Below, piece after piece: positions 43,901 to 58,750 of a stretch of DNA of 64,000 bases. The notes below the pieces were generated by a model. It searched no databases, was not told the origin of the DNA, and saw nothing but the letters and a program-made list of their open reading frames with translations. Position 1 is the first letter of the stretch. Every line of letters starts with the position of its first letter. The position numbers were made by a program, and so were the translations under genes. This stretch comes from the human T2T-CHM13v2.0 reference genome, Homo sapiens: NCBI RefSeq assembly GCF_009914755.1, contig NC_060926.1; one strand, given 5' to 3'.

Positions 43901-44999
43901 TTTTAAAGGATATTATACTGTAAGAATCCACAGAATTTAGCAATTTCTAATCCTTATAATATAAAAATATATATCTTTCATTCAGGATAAAAGTCAGTGG
44001 TTGGCTGTGTGGGACTAAGACAAGGGGGACTTATCAACATGCATGACCAATAGTCAAAAGAACCCCAGGAGTTGCTAAGTAGAGGTTCATTATTAGTTAT
44101 GAGGGGTTCTCTACACTCTACTAAACAGATATCATCTGGTGGATGAAACACAACAGCCAAGGTCTCAAGGCACTTTGTACCACGAGTAGAAGTCAGGATG
44201 GGATTTAGCCAAGGTTCCCAGTGGATCTCTCTGATTCATAGCAGGCTTACAGCTGGTTATGGAGGCCACAGAATTCAAGATCAAGGCCCCAGGAGGAAAA
44301 GGTCAGGAAAAGGTGAGCAAAAGCTAGCCAGGGAGTCAGAACCCAGCTATATGAACTGAAGTTAAGTCAGGACTCCAGTGAGGTATATGCAAATATCCAT
44401 AGGCTCAGTGGGGAACACTGTAGAATCTGGAACATGAATGATGAGAACTCACTGAGCAAGTGTTGCAGGTAGCAAGAATAACTCATAGCCACAGCCACTG
44501 GTGGAAGAGGCTTTGTCTGGATTAACCAAACAACTTTGGAACCCACAGTTGAAAGCCTTCAAGGCTGAGAAAGACTGAATAGAACCCAAACTAAAATTGG
44601 GATGTATGAATGTGAACTTGTAATATGAAAGTTTTCCGAACTTCTAACCTAAATTCCCTTATCTGAGTGTAATGGTATATATTAAAAAAAAAAAAAAAAA
44701 GAAGAAGAAGAAGGACTTAGAACAACAGAGATAAAAATACTGTCTAAAAATAAGATAAATATTAAACAAAACCCTCTTTAGTCAACCACAATATCTGAAG
44801 AACTTGCACAGTTTCACCTGTAGCCTCACCTGCCAAGCCTGTACGTTCTCCTCACGCTACGTTACTCCTCAATCTCCAACATTTATGCATCATTTAGAAT
44901 ATCTCTTCCTTGCCTGGCTTGGCAACTCCCATTATATCCTTCACCATCACTGTAAGACCCCAGTGGCCTCAGGCAGAACTAATCACTGAATGAGTTCCT

Positions 45000-45275
45000 A
45001 CAGTATATTCTACATACCACTCCTGGGATAGGATCTACTTATTCTTCAAGGTCAGCGCAACAGTTCCCTCTTCTAGGAAGGGAAGCCACCTGGTGGCTTC
45101 CACAGCCATGCTTGTTTTTCCTTTATTACTGGCCTTGCCATAGGTAATATCATATCACTGGGCTATTTCTATCTCCCAATTATAAACTGCTCATGAGCCA
45201 CATCTAAATGCTGATCATCCTTTTAAGTTCACTTAGCCCAGTTTCTGGCATAATTTATCAATATGTTGAACAAAT
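45000..45275 (+). mobile_element. L2 3' end
   Basis: ttattcttcaaggtcagcgcaa…tataaactgctcatgag…tttctggcata…aatatgttgaacaaat. Confidence 0.55.
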
Positions 45276-45384
45276 TACATCATTTAATTTTTCCAGTTTC
45301 TCAATCACAAATAAGGCTTTGTGTATTTACTTTTTCATATTAATCTTTACTAAATGAAGATATCAATCCTTATTCCACTGGAAA

Positions 45385-46138
45385 ACACACATATATGTAC
45401 ATCATGTATATATGTATATACACACATATATACACGTGTGCATGTACATATATGTACATGTATATGTACATGTATACGTGTATGTATACATGCACGTATA
45501 CACGTATATATACGTATGTATACATATGTGTGTATATATACATATATACATATGCATGTATGTATACATGTGCATATACACATATACACGTATGTATGTA
45601 TACATATATGTATGTATACATATGTATACATATACACGTGTGTATGTATACATATATGTATATATACATATGTGCATATACGTATGTGTACATGCGTATG
45701 TGTGCATGTACATATACATGTGTACATATATACATATTTACAATGTATGCATGTATACATATACACATATTTACATTGTATACATATACACATATTTACA
45801 ATGTATACATATACATATTTACAATGTATATATGTATACTTATATACAATATACATATTTACATATATGTGTACATATGTACACATATATAGCATATATG
45901 TACATATGTACACATATATAGCATATGTGTACATATGTACACATATATGGCGTATATGTACATATGTAAACATATATAGCGTATATGTACATATGTAAAC
46001 ATATATAGCGTATATGTACTTATGTAAACATATATAGTGTATATGTACTTATGTAAACATATATAGTATATATATATGTACTTATGTAAACATATAGTAT
46101 ATATATGTACTTATGTAAACATATATATATATACATAT
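45385..46138. repeat. Complex (TA/CA/TG)n alternating repeat, including a 29-bp minisatellite (~9 copies, 45871-46136)
   Basis: Directly visible; abuts the T-tail of the AluJ at 46140. Confidence 0.96.
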
Positions 46139-46139
46139 A

Positions 46140-46421
46140 ATTTTTTTTCGAGATCTTGCTCTGTCACTCGGTGCTGTGGTGCAATCATAGTTCACTGCAG
46201 CCTTGACCTACTGGGCTCAAACAATCCTCCCAACCTCAGCCTACTAAGTAGCTGAGACTACAGGTGCATGCCACCAAGCCCGGCTTTTTTTTTTATTTTT
46301 TGGTAGAGACAGTGTTTCATCATGTTATCCAGACTGATCTTGAACTTGTGGCCTCAAGGGATCCTCCTGCCTCAGCCTCTCAAAGTGCTGGGACTACAGG
46401 TGTGGGCAACCGTGCCTGGCC
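46140..46421 (-). mobile_element. AluJ element
   Basis: Antisense dimer. Confidence 0.9.
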
Positions 46422-47126
46422 TGTTTCTGTCAAATATTTAATCTATCATAAACTTAAAGTAATATTTTAAAGACTCATAAAGTGTAAGCATTTCCTTCCA
46501 AGAAAAGGGAAAATAAACAGAATTGTCTCTATAATAATAATCAAATTAAAATGCTAAAAATGTTTGCATAAACAAAGCTGCATAATAAATGATAAAACTA
46601 GCGAAATATTTAGAACATAGGTCGTAAAGCATCAATAACTTTTACATATTAAGAGCTTTTATAAAGTCAACAAGAGAAGAATGGACATACAAACATAAAA
46701 GAGATAAAGCATAGGAAGTGAATTTATAAGGGAAAAATTAAAATTAAATATTGTAAGAGTTTCTCAAACTTATGAATATTTTAAGAGTTTGTCAAATACC
46801 TAGAAAATACAAACTTAAAATAATCAGATATTTACTCTGATCATACTGGAAACCACCAAAATTTGACAACGTAAAAAAAAATTTTTTTTAATCAAACTGA
46901 AAAATGAGAAAATGCAATGAAAGCTCAGAGATGTCAGGAAATGTGCCAAAGTGTCAAACATAAAGTGAATTTCAGGTAGGGAAAGAAACAATTGTTCAGA
47001 AACTTGTTTTACTGTTTATAATCTTGGGTCCAGGTTTTCACTGACTTTCATTTAAAATATGCCCTTAGCTTTAAAAGCTGGGAGATTTTTAAAATGTGTT
47101 TTTGTTTAGTTATTTCCACAGGGTAA

Positions 47127-47506
<380 letters not shown>

Positions 47507-47580
47507 TAAACTCTAAAATCTTTCTCTATTCAGAACAGTTTATTGGAGTGAGCAAAATGCTGTCATATCCTTACCCCCAC

Positions 47581-47872
47581 TTTTGTTTTGAGACAAGGTC
47601 TCACTCTGTTGCCCAGGCTAGTATGCAGTAGAAGAATAACATCTCACTTCAGCCTCTACCTCTCAGGCTAAATTGATCCTTTCACCTCAGCCTCCTGAGT
47701 AGCTGGGACTACAAGAAAATGTCACCACACCTGGCTAATTTTCTGTATTTGTTACAGATTTGGGGTTTTGCCATGTTGCCCAGGGTGGTCTTGAAATCCT
47801 GGGCTTCGGTGATCTGCCCACCTTGGCCTCCCAAAGTGCTGGGATTACAGGCATGAGTCACCGCGCCAGGCC
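47581..47872 (-). mobile_element. AluJ element
   Basis: Antisense dimer. Confidence 0.92.
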
Positions 47873-48222
47873 TGCTGTTAATTTCATAATACACAAGTAC
47901 TGTCAGGAAACAATAACACTTTACAAATCTTTAAAATTATCTAGTTCTCTGAAATAACAAAATAGTAATGTATTCATACTGTTCAGCTAGCTTCAGTAAG
48001 AATACCTGCATTTATCAGAAAACACACAAGTTCAAAATGTGGGCACACTCTAGTGGGCTACCCTCTTGCATGATCACACCTTCTTCCTCCATGACTTTGA
48101 GGTTCGCACCAATTTTCAGCAGTTTATGAGCAGTGGTAACCTGGTTAGGATTCCTTAAATAAGAAAAAGTGCAACTGTGTGCTTTATGATTAAAATAATA
48201 ATCTGCCTTGTTTCAGAAATGA

Positions 48223-48538
<316 letters not shown>

Positions 48539-50079
48539 ATGGACAATTTTTAATTAGATGAGTATCCATGTCAAAATGAATGTGACCTGACATGAAGATG
48601 GCACCACAAAGCTCAAAGAACTTTGAGAGAGAACACCTTCCCACAAATGCCATCCCACTCTCCACACCCAAGAGAATTTGTGCTGTCAAGAGAACGAACC
48701 TCGTCAAAAACACAGAAAGGAAATGCATAACCTATTCAAGACACGTATTATCAACAATCTTACACATTGTTTATAATGTAATGGGATTATTTCTAGTTTA
48801 CAGATGTGGAGATGTGGAAATTATGTGATTACTGGAAGACAGCATAGTGAGTGTTCCCAGTCTGTGTACAAGCGATAAAACCCAAGCCATAGATATGGGA
48901 GGAACAAAATTAAAACTATCTTCTTACACAAGAGGACTGTCTTACAGGCTCAGAGACAAGGCCTTTTCATTAGGAACCACTGCCAACAATAAAGTTTAGG
49001 GAAAGAACATATTTGGCTAGTTGGTTATTTTATTTCCTACAGGAAAAGGGAATTATTATAATATACACATTGTGTGCTCACTATCTCTGCATCTTACCTA
49101 GTAGAACCTTTTCTAATGATTAAGGGCTGAAAAACCTGCTTTCCGAGAATCATATTCCATGAATTCATGAGTTACAAAACTACTTTATTTATATTTCAAA
49201 AACGATGATCCTAAACAGAGTATCAACTACTAACTTACTGAATAGAAACTGAGAGTGGTGAGCTTAAACCAATCTTGTTAACTTTTCCTATGGCTGATGT
49301 CCAAAAACATTAATAACTTAGCTACAGACATTTAATCACTAAATGAAAATCATGGTCCATAAGGTTTATTACTTTGTCAATATTTCATGGCTTTACATAT
49401 AAATGCTTCCAATTAATACCCACGAGCCTAGGTAATAGATAAGTAATCCTCAATTTCAGATGGAAAACAAAAACACAGAGTCAAAGACATTTATTTGTCC
49501 AAAATCTCATAACTGTTCAATGTCTGAGCCAAGATTCAACCACAGGTCCCCCTAAAATGACACACCAGTGACCCTTGGACTATTTCCAGTGTCTCCTAAT
49601 TGTCACTGTTCATAATAAGTCACACGTTTAAGGCAACAAAGGTAACTGCTAGAGTCTGGTCAGATGAAGAATAACCTCCACTGCTGTCTGATGTCAAACT
49701 GGCAGCTCTGCCTCTGTGTCTGCTGAGCTGGGGGCCCTGGGAGCCCCAGGCAGGGAAGGGATTGACCAAAGCCAACCACCTCTTGCTGCCTCAGAAATGT
49801 TCCCCATATGCCTTCTGGGTTGTTGGCTATTCCCTTTGGCATCTCCCTGGCCCTTGCAATCCACTGCCCCTGACGAAGGTAGTATTCTCCAAGTCTTGCC
49901 ATTAATTATCTCAAGCTGGGAAGGTCAGGTTTGAAACTTGGCTCTGGTCAAGAGAAGTTGATGTTAACTTCCCAAAGTCTAATGAGATGAACTAATCTCA
50001 GGGAAAATTTCAATATGGGTAGAGAGAAGGTATATACACATTTACATGCTCCACAGTCATGTAAGCTCTCTGAAAAGAT

Positions 50080-50086
50080 TATATTA

Positions 50087-50141
<55 letters not shown>

Positions 50142-50343
50142 TTGGAGACAGAGTCTCACCCTGTTGCCCAGGCTGCAGTGCAGTGGTGCAATCTCAGCTC
50201 ACTTGCAACCTCCACCTCCCAGGTTCAAGCGATTCTCGTGCCTCAGCCTCCCAAGTACTGGGATTACAGGCATGCACCACCACACCTGGCTAATTTTTGT
50301 ATATTTAGGAGAGACGGAATATTGCCATGTTGGCCGGGCTGGT
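50080..50343 (-). mobile_element. 5'-truncated AluS with an (ATT)~18 tail
   Basis: Right arm plus part of the left arm; flanked by tgaaaag. Confidence 0.92.
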
Positions 50344-50796
50344 GAAAAGTTTTATTAAGACATCTTATGAACCAAACATAAATTCATCCAAGGAACAACA
50401 AAAAAAAAGTATTTGAAATTGCATAATAAGTGGCATTTCAGAGATTTGGACTTTCCTTATTTTAAAACAGTGAGAGTATTGTTTACACTGCCCTGGTGGT
50501 TGTTCAAAGATGTGTATTTTTAATAAGATTCAATCATGTTTTCATTACGAGCAGTTACATTACTCCGTAAGTATAATTTCCATATACTGTATAGTAATAT
50601 TTTCAATACAATTGGCTGCTAGTGACCAGCACAGTATCTGACGCATTGTTTATTTAACAAATACTTACTGAAAATCAACAAACTGTTGATTCAAGACTTC
50701 TTTTTCTTCTTAGAATGGGTTATTGATTAAATGGCTTCAAACCCAATCCTCTACAACTAATCTAACTCTCCCTGTTAAATCGATCCCTGTCCACAG

Positions 50797-50915
50797 GCCC
50801 AGTTTCTTCACCCTTCAAGGAGACTGCAAACTTCCAAACCTCTTACCCTCCTTCACCGCAGCAAAGATTAATAACCAGAACTCCTCATGTGTCCAAGCTT
50901 CTCCAGTACAGCCTG
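50797..50915 (+). other. Candidate exon, 119 nt
   Basis: Branch point CTAAC at 50762-50766, AG-free tract to ccacag|G, donor CTG|gtgagc. Confidence 0.35.
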
Positions 50916-50994
50916 GTGAGCACCAAGGCTATACTTGAATAATTGCATACCCCTGAACTAAGTGTATAATTATACACGCAGACACCTAACTTAC

Positions 50995-51257
50995 CAACTC
51001 ATTCTCATAGATGACTTCTCGTTTTTTCCCCTGAGAACATCCCCTCTCTGGCATGTCTCTCCCATGATTGCCAATCACAGGGGATCTTATACATCTTATA
51101 CAGATTTCTCAAAAATTTGTGATGGCTTTTACTGTTTCTAGCTGTGTAACAATCCCTGGGGTTGGTATCCTCACTGCTGCAGGATCTGTAACCTTTCAGT
51201 TCTGGAATCACCTTCACCCAAACGGAAAACTTTCACATCTAATGATTTCATTGGAAA
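50995..51257 (-). other. Candidate non-coding/UTR exon, 263 nt
   Basis: On -: catttctgcag|TTTCC…GAGTTG|gtaagt. No repeat recognised; no ORF spans it. Confidence 0.3.
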
Positions 51258-51456
51258 CTGCAGAAATGTTCAACAGGTGAAAGGTTGAAAAAAATGCAGA
51301 ACACACATACACACACGGTTTGCTATGCAAATATTTCAAAACACATTTTTAAATGAGTTTCAAATAATTAAAATAGCCTATAATATAATCCTGAAGAAAA
51401 AGGAATATATAAATAGTATACACAGTTAAAAGCCTAAATCCTTATTAAATAGTCTA

Positions 51457-51761
<305 letters not shown>

Positions 51762-52299
51762 CTAGAAGGATGCAATCTATCCATAGCATTATCTAAAATA
51801 TATCTGAAAAAACAATGATTTCAAGATATTTATTTGGGATAAATAAATTGGGAAAGCGTTACTTATTAAGTTTCCATTTTGAAAGTCCATTATGCACGTT
51901 CACATATTAAAATCTCTGGGAAAGTCTGGAGAGAAGAAAACAGTTTAACAGTTTTAACTTTTTAAAACCTACACTTTCCCAAAGTTATGTGACCATGGGA
52001 GTTGTTTTTACAGACAGCATGTTAAATTATAAATCAGAATACATCTTAAGAAAGGCTGAAATGCAAGTCAATTGTGTTATTTATCTCTAGGTGGCTTGCA
52101 AAATTATTTTTCTTTACATGTTCCTATTGCTTTCAAACATTCTGTGACAAGCATGTTTATTTTGTAATTGGAAAAATATTAAAAATACAAAAAAAAGTGT
52201 TCAGTTCCATTTAAGATCACTCTTGCTATTTCTTATCTTACTGGCTTTGTCAGTAAAGCCAGTCTACAAGTTGTCTATAAGTTGTCAAAAAGCAAAGTG

Positions 52300-52515
52300 G
52301 TCAAGCAAATAGATTCCAAATGACATCTGGATTCCAGGCTCATATCTACCACTGCCTGGCCACATGACCCCAGACAAGTCATACCTTAAGCTGCAGTTTC
52401 CTCTTCTGTACAATCTGGATAACATCTACATCTACTGGATGTGGGTTGGATGTGACCATTAAATATAGCAACATGTCATGCATTTAGCACAGTACCTGGT
52501 GAATCATAAATGCTC
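52300..52515 (+). mobile_element. MIR
   Basis: tgaccccagacaagtcata…cagtttcctcttctgtacaa…catttagcacagtacctgg. Confidence 0.7.
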
Positions 52516-53829
52516 ATTGCTTGCATAACCAGAGTCCTGTAAGCCACTGGTCACTGTTCTTAAATTACTGTGACCCTGATACTTTTAATTAGTGGAAATT
52601 TGAATAAATTTACAAATATTCATTCAATCTCTGAAGCAATTAAGGCTCCATATTATTTTATATACTACTTGTGAAACATATTTATTATAAGGTAAATTTA
52701 CCAGGAGCACCCTGATGCTTAAGAAACTTTCCAAGTGCAGAGTTTATGCATGGTTATAATTTATTCTACCTGAAAATTTCCATTACGTTTACTTAGGAAA
52801 AAAAATAGATCTTAATTATGTTGAGATTTTGATAGCAGCCAATTGCATTGAAAATATTGCTGTACAGTACATGGAAATTATAGAACAAAATCACTTTCTT
52901 CTTACATCAAAACTTAACCTGCAAGAAAATTTTTTAAAGTTTCTATATTACAACAAGCAGCGAATCCAGAAAAAAATACAAATCAATAAATCCATTTGAC
53001 TGTATTTACTCTATTAAAAGCTTTTAGTCAAGGGTGCGTGAGGCTAATTTTCAGACTATGCCATCATGCTGCCACCATAGCTGAAAGAGTTACAGCTTTA
53101 AACAACCTGAAACAAATGCCACTCACTCTTATCCCCTGTACTAAGTGATGTGGTTGCAGTCATCCTGAGAGATGGAGGAGTCAGAAGTTATAGATTCCTC
53201 TTGCTCTTTTCAATAACTGAAGTCAGCTTCTTGACAGTTTTACAGCATTTGTGGTAAAGTATAATACCTCAATTTCTTGTTTACAGGAGGTAGGAAATCT
53301 GATTTTAATCCATGTGTAAAAAAAGTATATTCAATATATGATAACCTATGATTAGAATGGGTGTCTCAAGTTCCTACCTCCTCTTTGAGTAATGATGCTC
53401 GTGTATGACTTTACCATAGAAAATTTTCAGTCACTGCATATCAGTCTTAACAAAATCAAAGAAATGCAGTTAGAGTTACTTTCATCTTACATAAGAGAAA
53501 AGTGAAATATTCACCAGAATGGTGAAGCGAGGAAGTTACAATCACCTTGGTAGCATATTCCTAATCTCAGTGGGGGCATTTTTCTCCTCTAAAAGGGAAT
53601 GTGATTTTCATTGAGATTAGTACACATTTTGCATTCAATGTGCCAAGAACAAGTTCCCTGCATCTGGCACAAGAAGTTTCACAGTGGACTTATGAACTTT
53701 CTAACCAACTTCATCCTCCACTTCCTGGGAGAGGCAAATGAGAACAGGGAGTGTACTGTCCTTCACTGGTTTCAAAATAGTACAATAATGATGTCCACAT
53801 CACAGTCGCCTGTTTTCTAGCAATGTAGA

Positions 53830-54020
53830 TAATATTTAAGATTTCACAAACATAAGCCAAATGCCTGGCATATACTGGTATTATTTTCACACTTTCATTC
53901 TGTATTACTATCCTCTTCCACAATAGAAGAAACTGTGGGTTAGAGAGGGGAAACAGTGCCTAAAGCCAGTAAGTGGCAGAGCACAGATGGAGGTCCAGGT
54001 CCTGTCTCCAAGCTCACTCT
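53830..54020 (-). mobile_element. MIR
   Basis: gaagaaactgtgggttagagaggg…agtaagtggcagagc. Confidence 0.6.
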
Positions 54021-54234
54021 ACAGTAGCTGCCTGCCAAGTGCTGCTATCTGACTTCCTGCTGGACCAGTTTTATTTGAAACCAAAACTAATGCTGTTAAA
54101 TGCCAGAGTGCCAAGTGCACTGTTTCATTGCATCAGACAACTGTAAGGCAGCCGGCAGAGTTAAATGTAGAGTATTAGGCTTACTTAAAATGTTTTATGG
54201 AATACTTGATCCCATTAAATGATCATTTCTTTAA

Positions 54235-54631
<397 letters not shown>

Positions 54632-55991
54632 TAAATTCTGGCTTAGAATTTCATCTTATATGGGAATAATGTAAAATGTCGATTTGTTGCCAAAAACATT
54701 TATTTTTTTAAAAAGGACAAATGTGATTTCTACCATAATATTTGCAGTTTTGTAACCATTTTGAAGAGTAACACTCAAAAAACACCGGGAAGAAAGAATA
54801 AAAGAATACTCATACTTGTTTTTCTTTCCTATGTGCCCACATGACAATTGGATTTCTTGCATTTCTGAGACCTCTAAATTCTCATCTTTTCTTTCATGAG
54901 CTAGAAGAAAACACCTTCCATTATTTGGTCTTATTCTTCAGCTCATTATTGTTCACATCAAAAGACTAATGTCCTCTACCAAGTGAAGTCTGGAATCAAA
55001 ATAGCAAGGCAATTGACAATTTAGATTTCAGGGTGTTGACACAAATGAGTATGAATTCTTATGTACTAGTCACACAATTAATGACTATTTCACTCTCAAA
55101 CGTACAACCTGTTCTATAAATAAAATAGCACTCTGCTGTAATTATTCAAATGGGGATATTTAGGTTGTAAAAAATAATATACCCTTTATGTCTTGTTAAA
55201 CAACCTTGCCCGTGATGGACAAAGTTTTTGGTTTCTCTAGATATAAAATGAAAATGTTATTCAGAATTTTCACTTATATAGTACTCTTAATGAAATGCAC
55301 ATTTCTTTCAAAAATACTATGGCAGGGAATAATCCTAAATGAGAAGCTCAAACCAAGAATGGAATTTTATAATAGAGTGCTGAGAGGTATAAAATAGTAA
55401 TTTTAATGGTGTGGTATTTAATGGTGTCTTAATAACAATTCGTTGGTTAATGGCTATAAAAATGAATATTAATTACTCGGTTCAATACTCTGCATAACTG
55501 AGCTCCTATCGTTCCAATGGACAAGTAATTTGTCTCCATCTCCAACACTGACTTTTTGCTTGAGTTCACACAAACTCAAATACCACCTATCCAATAACTG
55601 ATCATTGTTTCTAGGTATATGTGGAAATGATATTAAACCCTGCAAGTTACACAAAAGAAGGAATAAAGAATATGGCCTTTTCCTTTTAGGGTTTCACAAC
55701 AAATTGTAAACTGCATAAAGGTTATTAAAATGACAACTCAATAGCAAAGGGTGAGTGAGGGGAATAAACCTAAATATCTATCAATAGGAGACTGGTTATA
55801 TAAATTAAAATTCATCCCTACAAAGATATAATACATAGCTAGAAAAAAAATAAAGCTCTTTATGTAATAAAATGGAATAATTACAAAGTAGATTGTTAAG
55901 TAAAAAAGCAACGTATGAAGCAGCACTCACTGTGTATAAAAAAGGGAGAAATTATATACGTACACCCACTTGCTCATGAATATAAGGAGAT

Positions 55992-56270
55992 GCACTAACC
56001 ATACAGTAGCCACTACACACATCAGGCTCTCAAGCAACTGAGACGTGGCCAGCGTGACTAAGAAACTGACATTTTAACGGAATTAATTTACATTTCAAAT
56101 CTGACTTGGCATAAAATATTTTTTTGTTAAAGACAACTTTATTGTTTTGAAAGACTTAGAATCATATAACCATGTGTCATGTAATATGTTACTTACATTA
56201 ATTTTTTAATGTGGCTCCTAAAATATTTAAAATTGCATTTGTGGCTTATAGTTCCATTGGACGGTGCTAG
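55992..56270. mobile_element. MER33/MER3-like hAT-Charlie element, inside an old L1ME relic
   Basis: gtagccactacacacat…gtggccagcgtgactaagaaactga…catttgtggctt…cattggacggtgct. Confidence 0.65.
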
Positions 56271-58398
56271 TTTAGAATGCTACCAGGATTCAAAAGAACT
56301 CATAACACTGATTGCCTCTGTGAAGGAAGTGGGTGACAGGAACCAAGATGCTAGAAGGAGATGTCTCACCATTTTGTCATTTTTCTCTTTTGCTTTTTGT
56401 GACATTTGAATATGTTGCCTATTAGAAAAATAACGAATAAATAACATGACCCATAAATACCACTGGAAAGAACTGTCATCAGCACAACCATCAGTTTAAT
56501 TTTGGATGAAATATTTTCCCCCACAATCAGATATGGTACTTTTGAAGGGGTTATATATAGTCTTTGGCAGAAAACACTTCATAATAACCTAAGATCACAG
56601 AAGTGCTCCACAAACAGTACCCGAGTTACAAAGTGAATACAAGCGATCACAGCCTTCAAACTGCTTGTTTAGTGGCAATACAGTCCAGCATTAACACAGC
56701 AGCCTCTTCTTCTACCATCAGAAACTGTTCTGCTTTTATTTTCCCACTCACTAAATATATTTTGCTTGTTTTCTTCTTTCATCTTCATCCACATCCCCAA
56801 ATAAAAACACAATTATTCTTACATTTCCATTTAGCAAAGCATGCATCTACTTAGCTAACTAAAGCAAAAAAATAAAAATAAAATTCTCCCCTTGAAGAGA
56901 ACTCCATGAAATTTAATTTTTTTCCATGAAGCAGTAGTGTAAATACATAAGCAGATCACAAAGGGCAAAGGGAAAAGAAGGAAATATATATCATATACAC
57001 AACTGAAAAATAATATATTTAAATACAAATGAAATATCAAATTGTATATGAACAGGGGGTATTACCCCAAATCTCCCAGATTTTCCAGTTTTATTTTGAA
57101 TATAAATACTTTAAAATTTTTTTCTTGAGATAGCCAATTATAGAGCTTCAGATGCATATACAATGAAAACTATTTAATTAGCAGTGTCAAATTTCAGAAG
57201 CTGGCTGGTTCCCTAAGGTTTAAGAATAAAGGCATCTCCCTTCTCAAATCCTAAATGGTCTCCTCCTTTTCTTGCACTCCTTCCACTTCCATAAGAATGT
57301 TTGACATAGGTCCATATTGGTGTGACATAGATCCACATTCTGAAAAAAAGAGAGTCCTAGGGCCATGGTGATAATGGGTACAAAACCATCCACAATGGTT
57401 CAGCCACTGAGTGGCAACTAAGCAGAGACGAGTTCCTCAGTATAAGTAGTAGTAAAAGATGCTGACCATGGAATTAAATCATTTCACTGTACTACTCACT
57501 CCCTGCTTCCTAAACTGTACTTCTTGGTGCCCCAAGGCTATTCCTTTAATACCATTGGTATTTGTGGTACCTTTGTGTTCAAACCCTTCCAAATATCCAT
57601 GGGATGCCAGAAAGTCGGTCTCTACCTTACCTACGCTTTACAGTAATATATGGAAACTGTGAATGTCCCAAATCCAAGACATTCAAATCCCCCATTGCTA
57701 TCAACAAAAAAGAATGGATTTGGGTGATCAAAAATTGTAGTACATATTCAAAATCCTCAGATAATTTTTAGAACTGCCACTAACTCAAACATGCATAACC
57801 TTAGTGTACTAAATGATACACAAAAAATGAAAATCTCAAAGTGTTGCACCCCACATATATATACGAATCTTGAATTTGATTAGAAAGCTATAAAAATTCT
57901 CCTAAATTTAAGATTATACTACTTATAACCATGTAACTAAATTAGCATTGGAAATATATTTCTAGATTTCACAAGAATACGAGCACAAACTTCAGGACTA
58001 TATTTTCTTAGCATCATCTAAGAGTGAATTTACGACATACTTCTACATAGAATCACAGACATACAGTATGAATTACTCTGGAATATTGTTCGTTTCAGAT
58101 CAGATTATATTTCAAAATGATGTATGGTAAAGTGAAGTAAACTAGAAGGTGGAATAGATTCTAGATATAAAATTCATCCCAATTCAAATGTGAGAGGAAA
58201 AATGAGTATATTTCCTCTTTTCAGATTACTAGCATTAAATATTTTTCATTCAATCAAAGTCAAATCTCACTTTCCTAAAGGGAGGAACAAAGTTCATAGG
58301 TAATAATCACAATAAAGCTTACCCACTTTCAGAGAAAGAGGAAACTGAAAAGACTGATATCATAGGATCACAAGCATTTAAAATTTTGTTTTATTTTT

Positions 58399-58750
<352 letters not shown>

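Noticed and set aside
45350-45998. Six overlapping 105-214 aa ORFs rich in Y/I/H/C/M/T/V
   Set aside because: Artefact: alternating Y/R sequence cannot encode stop codons.
45871-46136. CRISPR-like array of ~29-bp repeats
   Set aside because: Head-to-tail units with no unique spacers, no cas genes, primate context; it is a minisatellite.
50015-50345. Poly-Tyr / poly-Ile ORFs
   Set aside because: Translations of the (ATT)n Alu tail.
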